Shown one piece after another: positions 40,450 to 50,502 of a DNA stretch of 64,000 nt (the first letter of the stretch is position 1; each line of letters opens with the position of its first letter). The stretch lies in the NCBI GenBank assembly GCA_963780225.1, contig CAWAAX010000025.1, positions 13,620 through 77,619 of the forward strand. Reading direction: 5' to 3'. A program made the translations under genes and the position numbers. This DNA comes from an uncultured bacterium. GTDB taxonomy: Bacteria; Edwardsbacteria; AC1; EtOH8. Below the pieces are notes generated by a model. The model was not told where the DNA came from. It worked only from the letters and a program-made list of their open reading frames with translations, and searched no databases.

Positions 40450-41454
40450 TCAGTCAGATGGCCCGGTCTTTTCGTCCTGTCCCTGTCCCCGGCCCTCGGT
40501 CTGGCTGCTGCTCTGATACGCCTGGATGATCCTCTGCACCAGGTGGTGCCGCACCACGTCACGCTCCGATAGGTTGATGAATTTTATTCCCTCCACCCGG
40601 GAAAGCACCTCCTGGATGTGCACCAGGCCGGAGCTGTCGTTGCGGGGCAGGTCTATCTGGGTGACGTCGCCGGTGACCACCGCCTTGGAGTTGAACCCCA
40701 GCCGGGTTAAAAACATCTTCATCTGGGTGCGGGTGGCGTTCTGGGCCTCGTCCAAAATCACGAAGGAGTTGTTCAGGGTCCGGCCCCGCATGTAGGCCAG
40801 GGGCACTATCTCGATGATCTCGTTAGCCATGAAGCGGCGCACCTTCTCCGGGGACATCAGGTCGTACAATGCGTCGTACAGGGGGCGCATATAGGGGTCT
40901 ATCTTGTCCCTGAAATCGCCCGGTAAAAATCCCAAGCTTTCCCCCGCCTCGACGGCGGGGCGGCAGAGGATGATGCGCTCCACCTGGCGTTCGTTCAACG
41001 CCGCCACCGCCGCGGCCACCGCCAGATAGGTCTTGCCGGTTCCGGCCGGCCCCACGGCTATCACCAGGTCGTGGTCCTTCATTGCCTCCAGGTACTGGGT
41101 CTGTCCCGGGGACTTCGGCCGGATCAGTTTTTTCAGGGCCAAAGCGGCCACGGTTCCCCGTTCCTGGATGTCCCGGTGCCGCTCGCTTGCCTGGCTGATG
41201 GCCAGCCCTATGTCCCGCTCCTGCAGCACCGAGCCCGATTCCACCCGGGCTCTGAGATTCAGTATCAGCGAAGTGATGGCCTCCAGCTCCTCGGTTGAAC
41301 CTTTGATGATGACCTCGTCCCCCCGGGCGAAGATCTTGGCCTTGAAGGAGTGCTGGATCACCTTGAGGTTGGAATCCCCCGGTCCCAAAAGGTTCACCGG
41401 GTCGATGCCGGCCAGGGAGATCCGTTCGGTTATTTCCTGCAGTTCTTTGGGCAT
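40450..41454 (-). CDS. phoH: PhoH-family ATPase (YbeZ-like)
   Basis: GPAGTGKTYLA, RPAVEAGESLGFLPGD, PLAYMRGRTL, LDEAQN, GDVTQIDLP. Confidence 0.96.
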   Translation of the reverse strand: MPKELQEITERISLAGIDPVNLLGPGDSNLKVIQHSFKAKIFARGDEVIIKGSTEELEAITSLILNLRARVESGSVLQERDIGLAISQASERHRDIQERGTVAALALKKLIRPKSPGQTQYLEAMKDHDLVIAVGPAGTGKTYLAVAAAVAALNERQVERIILCRPAVEAGESLGFLPGDFRDKIDPYMRPLYDALYDLMSPEKVRRFMANEIIEIVPLAYMRGRTLNNSFVILDEAQNATRTQMKMFLTRLGFNSKAVVTGDVTQIDLPRNDSSGLVHIQEVLSRVEGIKFINLSERDVVRHHLVQRIIQAYQSSSQTEGRGQGQDEKTGPSD

Positions 41455-41558
41455 ATCTTAAAATCCATCCATTATTGCGGCAAATTAGGGCAAACCCCAG
41501 TAAATAATATATCACAAGCAAAAAGATAACGCAAGGGGAAATTCCAAATAAAAAAGGG

Positions 41559-41588
41559 TTGACAGACAGGCGCTTGGTGGTTTATGAT
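41559..41588 (+). promoter_or_regulatory. Sigma70-like promoter of rfaE1-waaA
   Basis: TTGACA-N18-TATGAT. Confidence 0.55.
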
Positions 41589-41627
41589 ACATAATTAGAG
41601 GAGCAGTTTCCAACAGGGGGAATTATC

Positions 41628-41695
41628 TATAAGGAAACCAGGAAGGCCAGGAAATATTTATTGTCAAGGATTCATGGTTTCATGGATTCCTTATA
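41628..41695. repeat. Imperfect inverted repeat element in the rfaE1 leader
   Basis: TATAAGGAAACCAGGAA.. / ..TTCATGGATTCCTTATA; half copy at 20407. Confidence 0.75.
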
Positions 41696-41745
41696 AAAGA
41701 CATGTCCGTATAAATAAATGACATTTATAATTTACTGAAAGCCTT

Positions 41746-42750
41746 ATGAATCAAAACAAATACAAAATCAGCCCCAAACGGGCCGACCAGCTCATCAACG
41801 GATTTGCCCGGCGCAAAGTAGTTGTCCTGGGCGACCTGATGCTGGACGAATACCTGTTCGGGGCGGTCTCCCGGATCTCGCCCGAGGCCCCGGTACCGGT
41901 GGTGGAGGTCAGCCGGGAGGAGTTCCATCTGGGCGGGGCGGCCAACGTGGCCTGGAACATCGCGGCCCTCAAGGGACAAGCCTTTCCGGTGGGGACGGTG
42001 GGCAGCGACCGGGCCGAGAAAATGATGCGCCGTGAGTTCAGAACCAAGAAGATATCCGAGCTGGGGCTGGTGAACCAGTCCGGCCGGCCCACCACCATCA
42101 AGACCAGGATCGTGGCCGGCCACCAGCAGGTGGTGCGGGTGGACCGGGAGCACCGCCAGGACATTTCCCCGGCCGTCCAGCAAAAAGTGATAGCGGCCCT
42201 GGAGAAACTTGTTCCTTTAGCCGATGCCATTCTGATCGAGGACTACAACAAGGGCCTGATAACCATTCCGGTGCTGGAAGCCGCATTGAACCTGGCTAAA
42301 AAACACAAAAAGATCGTCACGGTGGATCCCAAGTTCAACCATTTTCTGGATTTCAAGGGGGTGACGCTCTTCAAACCCAACATCCACGAGGCCGAGCGGG
42401 CGCTGGGGGTCAAGATTGCCAATTCCGAAGATATTGTCAAAGCCGGGCAATCCCTGCTCAAGCGGATAGAGGCCCGGGCGGTGCTGATCACCGCCGGCGA
42501 CCAGGGGATGTACCTTTTTACCTCCGGCCAGGGGGAGGTCTTCCGGATACCCACCGCCGCCCGGGAAGTTTACGATGTCTCCGGGGCCGGCGACACGGTG
42601 ATTGCTGTGGCCACTTTGGCCCTGTGCGCCGGGGCCAGCCTGCTGGAAGCGGCGGTGACGGCCAACCACGCGGCCGGGGTGGAGGTCTCCAAGTTCGGGG
42701 TGGCGGAGGTGACGGCGGAAGAACTTAAACAGGCGTTGAGGAACTGGTGA
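41746..42750 (+). CDS. rfaE1: D-glycero-beta-D-manno-heptose-7-phosphate kinase
   Basis: GDLMLDEY..RISPEAPVPVV, GGAANVA, DYNKG, VYDVSGAGDTV. Confidence 0.95.
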   Translation: MNQNKYKISPKRADQLINGFARRKVVVLGDLMLDEYLFGAVSRISPEAPVPVVEVSREEFHLGGAANVAWNIAALKGQAFPVGTVGSDRAEKMMRREFRTKKISELGLVNQSGRPTTIKTRIVAGHQQVVRVDREHRQDISPAVQQKVIAALEKLVPLADAILIEDYNKGLITIPVLEAALNLAKKHKKIVTVDPKFNHFLDFKGVTLFKPNIHEAERALGVKIANSEDIVKAGQSLLKRIEARAVLITAGDQGMYLFTSGQGEVFRIPTAAREVYDVSGAGDTVIAVATLALCAGASLLEAAVTANHAAGVEVSKFGVAEVTAEELKQALRNW

Positions 42751-44048
42751 TGATCTTTGCCTTGGGAATGGGATGCTATCATCTGATCACATTCATGGCC
42801 CTCCTGCTGGGGTGGCCATATTTGCTGGCGGCGGTGATCTTTGGCCATCAGGAAAAATGGCGGCAGCGGCTGGGCTGGCTGTCTCAGTCCGCAGGGCGGC
42901 CGGTCTGGATCCACGGGGCCTCGGTGGGAGAGATGGGGGTGATCGCGCCCTTCTTTGCCCAGCTGAAGACTCTTTTGCCCGAGAAAAACATCGTCCTGTC
43001 CACCATGACCGCCACCGGGCAAAAGAGGGCTCACGAGATCTTTTCCACCAAGGCGGCCGGGATATTTTTCCTTCCCCTGGATTTCTGGTTCGCCCAAAAG
43101 CTGGCCGTCAGCAGGATAAACCCCGGCGCCCTGGTCCTGACCGAGACCGAGCTCTGGCCCAACCTGATTAGGCAGTGCCAAAGGCAAAACATTCCGGTGT
43201 TCCTGGTCAACGCCCGGCTTTCGGCCAGGTCCTTCAAATACTATCACCCCCTGCGCTTCCTGTTCGGGCCGCTGCTGAAATCCCTTCAACTGATAGCCTG
43301 CCAGAGCAAAGAGGACGCGGAACGCTACCTGGCTTTGGGTGTCCGGGAAGACATCGTCACCGTTACCGGCAATCTGAAATACGACGGGATCAAGGGCCCG
43401 GTCTCTGCAATAGAGAAACAAGAGTTAAGGAAGGACTTCGGTCTAAGTCCTAAAGACCTGGTGTTTGCGGCCGGGAGTACAAGGGAGGGGGAGGAGATTG
43501 TTATACTTGATGCCTGGCGGGAAAGCCTAAAAAATGGGAAATGGGAAATTGGAAACTGGAAATTGATCATAGCGCCGAGGCATCCGGGGCGGTTCTCCGA
43601 AGTGGAAAAACTGCTGATCTCCCAAAACTTGATTTATTGCAAACGAAGCGGCCAGAAGAGCGGCGGGACTTCCAACAATTTTGATGTCTTGCTACTGGAC
43701 ACCATCGGCGAGCTGGTCAACGCCTACGCGGCCTCGGACATTGCTTTTGTCGGCGGCAGCCTGGTGCCGGTGGGGGGCCACAACCCCCTGGAACCGGCGG
43801 CCCTGGGGCTTCCGGTGGTCTTCGGCCCCCACATGTTCAACGCCAAAGAAAGCGCCGAGGGGCTTTTGGCCTGCGGCGGGGCAGTGCAGGTGAAGGATGC
43901 CGGGGAACTGAAAAAGGTCCTGGCAGAATTCCTGGGCCGCGAAGAAAAGAGGCTTACTGCCGGTGCCAAGGCCCGCAGTTTGGTGGATTCCAAGCGCGGG
44001 GTTTCCAAGGTCACGGCGGAACTGGTGACGGGAAGGCTTAACGGGTAA
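42747..44048 (+). CDS. waaA: Kdo transferase
   Basis: WIHGASVGE, ETELWPN, NARLS, TGNLKYD, APRHP, GGHNPLEPA. Confidence 0.96.
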   Translation: MMIFALGMGCYHLITFMALLLGWPYLLAAVIFGHQEKWRQRLGWLSQSAGRPVWIHGASVGEMGVIAPFFAQLKTLLPEKNIVLSTMTATGQKRAHEIFSTKAAGIFFLPLDFWFAQKLAVSRINPGALVLTETELWPNLIRQCQRQNIPVFLVNARLSARSFKYYHPLRFLFGPLLKSLQLIACQSKEDAERYLALGVREDIVTVTGNLKYDGIKGPVSAIEKQELRKDFGLSPKDLVFAAGSTREGEEIVILDAWRESLKNGKWEIGNWKLIIAPRHPGRFSEVEKLLISQNLIYCKRSGQKSGGTSNNFDVLLLDTIGELVNAYAASDIAFVGGSLVPVGGHNPLEPAALGLPVVFGPHMFNAKESAEGLLACGGAVQVKDAGELKKVLAEFLGREEKRLTAGAKARSLVDSKRGVSKVTAELVTGRLNG

Positions 44049-44236
44049 AGACAGGAGCGCCTCCGCTAAAGCTATGGCGCTTGAAGAAGGCCGACATTAA
44101 AGCGTAAGCGGATTAACATGATTTATTTCCAGGTACAAATCAAGGAACAGTAGAAGAATGGAAAATGACTATCTAACTTGATCAGGAAAAGTAGAAAGAA
44201 TATAGTGGATCTGGCAAAAAAGCAGATTTTACCCGA

Positions 44237-44488
44237 TTATGTTCTTTTCTTTTTGTACCGCCAAAAAGCAAAGAACCAAAAGAAAAAGCTCGTCGCTTAA
44301 AACTCTCCGGGCGTTGCGCTTCTCGTTGATGGCGGGCTTGTCTGAACTCGGGCTTTTGCCAATCCCTCAAACAGGCGCAGACAAGCTTTTTCCGCCATCA
44401 ACTGCTATGCTCACTGATCGTTTTAACGCGACAACCGGGGTTGGTACCTATTGTTATCCATATCTCCTTAGTTGATTGGATAATCATT
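44237..44488. repeat. Dispersed nested-hairpin element, copy B
   Basis: Stems GTCGC.TTAAAAC/GTTTTAA.CGCGAC, GTTGATGGCGG/CCGCCATCAAC, GCTTGTCTG/CAGACAAGC. Confidence 0.9.
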
Positions 44489-44517
44489 TAATGGAATATA
44501 TAGATCCTCGATTCAAT

Positions 44518-44554
44518 ATAAAAGAGGCTGCACATCTGGTGCAGCCTCTTTTAT
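44518..44554. terminator. Bidirectional terminator between waaA and the carbonic anhydrase gene
   Basis: ATAAAAGAGGCTGCAC-ATCTG-GTGCAGCCTCTTTTAT. Confidence 0.85.
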
Positions 44555-44653
44555 TAATCTAAACAACTTGTGATGCAGAAGAACCTGAGGATTTGCGCAA
44601 AATAGAAAATACTGTTGGGTAAAATCATCCCCGGGGGAACTATTTTTCAATCA

Positions 44654-45316
44654 TCAGGGAACAATAATGTCAATCACTCCCGTATCAAGGTCATACCGGG
44701 CGCCAACGATTTTTATCTTGCCGTTCTTAACCATTTCAGCTAAAAATGGTTCTGTTTCTTTTAGACGAGCGACCACCATCCTTACGTTTTCCTTGACGGC
44801 ATTATCCAGCAGGCCACCGGGTTCGGTTTTGGCCTTTTCGACCGCAGGTTTGATGGCTTCAACCAGACTGCCGATATGCCCCGGAGCTTCGCCTCCCTGT
44901 ATTGTGGCATCCACTGCCCCGCATTTCTCGTGGCCCAGGACCATAACCAGCGGAACATTCAAATGTTCCACCCCATATTCGATGCTGCCCAGGCCAAGGT
45001 TATCGACCACGTTGCCGGCTATCCGGACGATAAAGAGGTCGCCCAAGCCCTGATCGAATATTATTTCCGGAGGAACCCGGGAGTCGGAACATCCGATTAT
45101 CAGTGCGAAGGGATGCTGTCCCATAGCCACCTCTTCCCTGCGGACAGACTCCTGATTGGGATGTTTTAGCTTGGCTGCGGTGTACCGTTTATTGCCCTCC
45201 AGCAATTTTTGCAAAGCCTGGTCGGGGCTCATATTTGTGGTCTCTTTGCCCGATCCAAATGCCAAAACCGAAACAACCGTCATCGTTGCCAGCATGATTG
45301 CGATTCTTGGTTTCAT
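44654..45316 (-). CDS. Beta-class carbonic anhydrase with signal peptide
   Basis: LLEGNKRY, GCSDSRV, RIAGN, LGHEKCGAV; MKPRIAIMLATMTVVSVLAFG. Confidence 0.94.
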   Translation of the reverse strand: MKPRIAIMLATMTVVSVLAFGSGKETTNMSPDQALQKLLEGNKRYTAAKLKHPNQESVRREEVAMGQHPFALIIGCSDSRVPPEIIFDQGLGDLFIVRIAGNVVDNLGLGSIEYGVEHLNVPLVMVLGHEKCGAVDATIQGGEAPGHIGSLVEAIKPAVEKAKTEPGGLLDNAVKENVRMVVARLKETEPFLAEMVKNGKIKIVGARYDLDTGVIDIIVP

Positions 45317-45431
45317 AAGGTTTTTTCCTTTCAGTTGGGAAAAAGTGTTGAATTGTTGAAAGCGTTGGCCGCTATATAGCACAAGAAAGCAATACTTCCC
45401 TTTTTGTTTTGGTCAATTAAAAAATCCCCGG

Positions 45432-46343
45432 TTATTGTTGGCGGACCAGATCCTTTTCCTTCAGCCCGCTTCCGCTCAAGACCTTGGCCTTGGCGTACTG
45501 GTCCTTGGCTTCCGTCACTTCAATGGTCCCGGCCTTGGTTTCCTCCGAGCCCAGCGACAGGCCGGTCTCGGGGTCGATCACGTCCTCGCCCTTGGAATAA
45601 ACGGTAAACTTATCGCCCACCTTGACGCCGCCCAGGGCCCCGGGTTTCAGCATCAGGGTCTTGTCGGGGTTGACCTTGAGCACCATCCCGGTCCAGGCCA
45701 CTTTCTCCATGGCGCCGGTGATCATGTCAATTATCTTGTTGACCGCCTTGCGGGTGGCCTTGCCGGCCAGGGTCTGGTCGAAATGGGTGTCGTTGGAGAA
45801 GTTGAACTCGTCGGTGCCGACATCCACGCCCTTCTTGCTCTCGTCCTCGGCAATGCCGTCGGCCGCCACGATCTCGCCGGTGGTGGTATTGACCAGGCGG
45901 ACGTCCAGGCCCACCCGGGCGGTCTTGGTCTCCACCCCCAGCCGGTTGAGGCCGAACATGCCCTTGGACACGGCGCTGCCCACCGACCCGCCCACCTTGG
46001 ACGATTTTTCCCCGAACTCATTGACGCTGCCGGTGACCATCAGCTCCACTCCCAAAAGCTTGCCTACCTGGGCCGCGCTCTGGGGGGTGACAGCCCCGCT
46101 CATTCCCAGGGATTGTTCCTGCATGATCTTTTCCAGCTGCTGGCGCTCGATCACCATGAACTTTCCGGATTTTACCAAAGCGGTGGTCAGCATGTCGGCC
46201 ATGCCGCTGCCGATGTGCCAGCTGCCGTGGCCGGTCTTGTCCTCAAAATCCATCACCGCCACCCGTTTTTTAAGCCCCTGGGCCAGGGTCATGGAAAATG
46301 ATAAAAACAGCACCAAAGCTATAAGGGTGAGTTTTCTGTTCAT
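45432..46343 (-). CDS. CsgG/HfaB-family exported protein with FlgT-C-like tail
   Basis: RVAVMDFE, FMVIERQQLEKIMQEQ, AAQVGKLLGV..VTGSV.EF, VRLVNTTTGEI, IDPETGLSLG. Confidence 0.88.
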   Translation of the reverse strand: MNRKLTLIALVLFLSFSMTLAQGLKKRVAVMDFEDKTGHGSWHIGSGMADMLTTALVKSGKFMVIERQQLEKIMQEQSLGMSGAVTPQSAAQVGKLLGVELMVTGSVNEFGEKSSKVGGSVGSAVSKGMFGLNRLGVETKTARVGLDVRLVNTTTGEIVAADGIAEDESKKGVDVGTDEFNFSNDTHFDQTLAGKATRKAVNKIIDMITGAMEKVAWTGMVLKVNPDKTLMLKPGALGGVKVGDKFTVYSKGEDVIDPETGLSLGSEETKAGTIEVTEAKDQYAKAKVLSGSGLKEKDLVRQQ

Positions 46344-46406
46344 GGGTTGATCTCCTTTAATGTTAGGGGTAAATCATTAAACTTGCGTTATTATAACCGA
46401 ACTTTT

Positions 46407-46435
46407 AATTTAACATATTTACCCGGATAAGTCAA
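46407..46435 (-). promoter_or_regulatory. Promoter of the CsgG-like gene
   Basis: TTGACT-N17-TAAATT with TGn on the minus strand. Confidence 0.55.
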
Positions 46436-46467
46436 GAACATCGTTCAAGTATTTTACCCGAATTTTC

Positions 46468-46496
46468 TTGATTTTTTTATTGTTTAATGGTAATAT
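46468..46496 (+). promoter_or_regulatory. Promoter of thrS
   Basis: TTGATT-N17-TAATAT with TGn. Confidence 0.5.
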
Positions 46497-46569
46497 AACA
46501 AATTCTATAAGTTACTAATAAATAAACGGCTTAATTAGATAAAACCCTAAAAAACCAAGGAACAATAGC

Positions 46570-48519
46570 ATGATAAAGATCACCCTGCCGGACGGCAAGA
46601 TCAAGGAATTTGAACCGGGCGTCTCCAGCCTGGATATCGTCAAATCAATAGGCTCAGGGCTGGCCAAAGCATCGCTGGCGGCCACTTTGGACGGCAAGCC
46701 CATCGACCTGTCGGCCAAGGTCGACCGCGACGCCAAATTCTCCGCTTTGACCTTCGACTCGGAGCTGGGCAAGGAAGTGCTGCGCCACTCGACCAGCCAC
46801 TTAATGGCCCAGGCCGTCACCGGGCTTTTCCCCGGCACCAAGGCGGCCATCGGTCCGGCCATCGAGGACGGATACTACTATGACTTCGACCGGAGTGAGC
46901 CCTTCTCCTCCGATGACCTGGCCGCCATCGAGAAGAAGATGGCCGAGCTGGCGTCCCAGGATATTCCCATCGTCCGCCAGGAAATGCCGAGGGAAGCCGC
47001 CCTGGAGCACTTTAAAAAGCTGGGTGAGCAGTACAAGGTAGAGCTGATTGAGGCCCTGCCCCAGGGCGAGGTCATCTCCTTCTACCAGCAGGGCGATTTC
47101 ATAGACCTCTGCCGGGGGCCGCACCTGCCCTCCACCGGACGGATCAAGCACTTCAAGCTGCTGTCGGTGGCCGGGGCCTACTGGCGGGGCGACGAGCGCA
47201 ACAAGATGCTGCAGCGGATCTACGGCACCGTCTTTGACAAGAAGGAGCAGCTGGACGAGCATCTGAAGATGCTGGAGGAGGTCAAGAAGCGGGACCACCG
47301 GAAGCTGGGCCGGGAAATGGACCTGTTCTCGCTGCACGAGGAGGCCGGCCCGGGCCTGGTCTACTGGCACCCCAAGGGCGGCCGGATGCGGGTGCTGATA
47401 GAGAACCACTGGCGCCAGCGGCACTATGAAGAGGGATACGACATCCTGTTCACCCCCCACGTGGGCAAGGAGTGGCTGTGGCAGACCTCGGGCCACCTGA
47501 ATTTCTACCAGGACGGGATGTACTCCCCGATGGAACTGGACAAGGCCAACTATTACATCAAGCCGATGAACTGCCCGTTCCATATACTGATCTACAACAC
47601 CAACGCCCATTCCTACCGGGAACTGCCGTTGCGCTGGGCCGAGCTGGGCACGGTCTACCGTTACGAGCGGAGCGGGACCCTGCACGGCCTGATGAGGGTG
47701 CGGGGCTTTACCCAGGACGACGCCCACATCATCTGCACCCCGTCCCAGATCGACGATGAGATCCTGCGGGTGCTGGATTTCTCGCTGTCTATGTTCAACG
47801 ACTTCGGGTTCAAGGACGTCAAGGTCGAACTGTCGGTGCGCGACCCCAGGAACCTGGACAAGTACGCCGGATCGGAGGAGATGTGGGTCAAGGCCGAAGA
47901 ATCACTGGTGAAAGCTCTGAATGCCCGGAGCGTCGATTATGAAAGGATGGAGGGCGAGGCGGTGTTCTATGGCCCCAAGATAGACATCAAGATCAAGGAT
48001 TCCCTGAATCGTCTGTGGCAGTGCAGCACCATTCAGTTCGATTTCAACGAGCCGGAACGCTTCGGCATGACCTACATCGCCGAGGACGGCAAGGAGCATA
48101 GGCCCTACATGGTCCACCGGACCCTGCTGGGAAGCATGGAGCGTTTCTTTGGGGTGCTGATAGAGCATTACGCCGGCAACTTCCCGCTGTGGCTGGCCCC
48201 GGTCCAGATCATGGTGATGAACATCACTGACGCCCAGGCGGACTATGCCAAGCTTATAGCTGATCGCTTACAGCTTTCAGGTTTCCGGGTCAAGCTGAAC
48301 CTGGGGGGCGAAAAGATCGGGGCCAAGATCCGCGACGCCGAGATGGGGAAGATCCCTTACATGGTCATAGTGGGGACCAAGGAGATGGAGCAGGGCAAGG
48401 TCTCGCTGCGCCGCCATGGCCAGGGCCCCTTCGACAAGCTCATGGCAGGGGACCTGGGGCAGATGACGGTGGAGGAACTGGCGGAGCGGCTGAACAGGGA
48501 AGTTGAAAGCAAAAAGTAG
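46570..48519 (+). CDS. thrS: Threonine--tRNA ligase
   Basis: ITLPDG, RHSTSHLMAQAV, DLCRGPHLPST, RDHRKLG, KPMNCP, RGFTQDDAH, FYGPKID. Confidence 0.98.
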   Translation: MIKITLPDGKIKEFEPGVSSLDIVKSIGSGLAKASLAATLDGKPIDLSAKVDRDAKFSALTFDSELGKEVLRHSTSHLMAQAVTGLFPGTKAAIGPAIEDGYYYDFDRSEPFSSDDLAAIEKKMAELASQDIPIVRQEMPREAALEHFKKLGEQYKVELIEALPQGEVISFYQQGDFIDLCRGPHLPSTGRIKHFKLLSVAGAYWRGDERNKMLQRIYGTVFDKKEQLDEHLKMLEEVKKRDHRKLGREMDLFSLHEEAGPGLVYWHPKGGRMRVLIENHWRQRHYEEGYDILFTPHVGKEWLWQTSGHLNFYQDGMYSPMELDKANYYIKPMNCPFHILIYNTNAHSYRELPLRWAELGTVYRYERSGTLHGLMRVRGFTQDDAHIICTPSQIDDEILRVLDFSLSMFNDFGFKDVKVELSVRDPRNLDKYAGSEEMWVKAEESLVKALNARSVDYERMEGEAVFYGPKIDIKIKDSLNRLWQCSTIQFDFNEPERFGMTYIAEDGKEHRPYMVHRTLLGSMERFFGVLIEHYAGNFPLWLAPVQIMVMNITDAQADYAKLIADRLQLSGFRVKLNLGGEKIGAKIRDAEMGKIPYMVIVGTKEMEQGKVSLRRHGQGPFDKLMAGDLGQMTVEELAERLNREVESKK

Positions 48520-48600
48520 CCTGGGGATAGAGGCGTTGAAACGGGAGGCGCATAATAAATCTCAAGAAAAATACCGGCTTATAGCTGATCAAAATTTTAG

Positions 48601-49548
<948 letters not shown>

Positions 49549-49610
49549 CTTTAAGGGCCAGCCAACCGGAATAATGGTTTGATTATTTTTTTAAAAGGAG
49601 CAGGTATCCG

Positions 49611-50414
49611 ATGGACCAAGAGAACGAGATCAAGGCGATGTGGCAGATCATTAGGCCTTACCGGTTTTTCATTCCTCTGTGCGGAATAATTTTAGCCGCC
49701 GTTGGTTTATTCGGCCAGCTGGGCTCGCCCAAGCTCTACCAGGCCGAGGCCCTGGTGGCGCTTCCCAAAACTTCGGGGGCCCAGCCTGAAGACCCTGATA
49801 CCGCCTTAGTCAGCGCGGCCGAGACCCGGGCCTTGATCAACCTGCTTAAAAACAAGCTGCGCCAGGGAAATGAGCCGGGCTTAAAATCCGACACCCTGTT
49901 GCAGAAGCTCCGCCTGGCCAGGGTGGATGATGTCCGGGGCACGGGCAATTATTTTAAGATGACGGTCCAGTCTCCAGGCAGCCCTCAGGCCACCCTGGCC
50001 GTTATGGACCGCCTGGTCGGCTACCTGAACGGCAACCAGTATTTAAAAAACAGCTACGAACTGAAACGGGGCGAGTTGGAGGCCGCCGTCAATGAGGCCG
50101 CCCTGGCCCTGGAGCGGGCCCAAAAACTTAAGGATGAGGGGGGGCGGCTGGTAAAACAGCGAGTCAACATGGGGTTCAACCCGGTGGAGCTGGAAACCGA
50201 AATGAACGAGCTACAGGGAAGACATTTGCGGCTTAAGACCCGGCTTTCGCTGGCCCACGATTACCGGTACCTGGAACCGCCCTATGCCCGGCCCGGTCCG
50301 GTCAGCCCCAGGCCCTGGAGGAATTTTTTCATTTTCGGGGTTTTGGGGCTGCTGCTGGGGTTGATGCTGGCCCTGCTGGGGCATTTATTCAGGATCGTTT
50401 CCAAGGGAGCTTAA
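49611..50414 (+). CDS. Wzz-like polysaccharide co-polymerase
   Basis: Two terminal TM helices, coiled coil, PVSPRP..GVLGLLLGL. Confidence 0.7.
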   Translation: MDQENEIKAMWQIIRPYRFFIPLCGIILAAVGLFGQLGSPKLYQAEALVALPKTSGAQPEDPDTALVSAAETRALINLLKNKLRQGNEPGLKSDTLLQKLRLARVDDVRGTGNYFKMTVQSPGSPQATLAVMDRLVGYLNGNQYLKNSYELKRGELEAAVNEAALALERAQKLKDEGGRLVKQRVNMGFNPVELETEMNELQGRHLRLKTRLSLAHDYRYLEPPYARPGPVSPRPWRNFFIFGVLGLLLGLMLALLGHLFRIVSKGA

Positions 50415-50502
50415 GCCGGAGCTAAAAATTCCCCAAGGCCTCCTTGTTTAATCCGGGTAAAAACTCCTTGGGATTTTGAAAAAATCCCTTTGAAAGACCA
50501 GA

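Noticed and set aside
46344-46569. T-box leader for thrS (also checked for glyQS)
   Set aside because: No GGTGGNACCGCG T-box; leaders are short and AT-rich.
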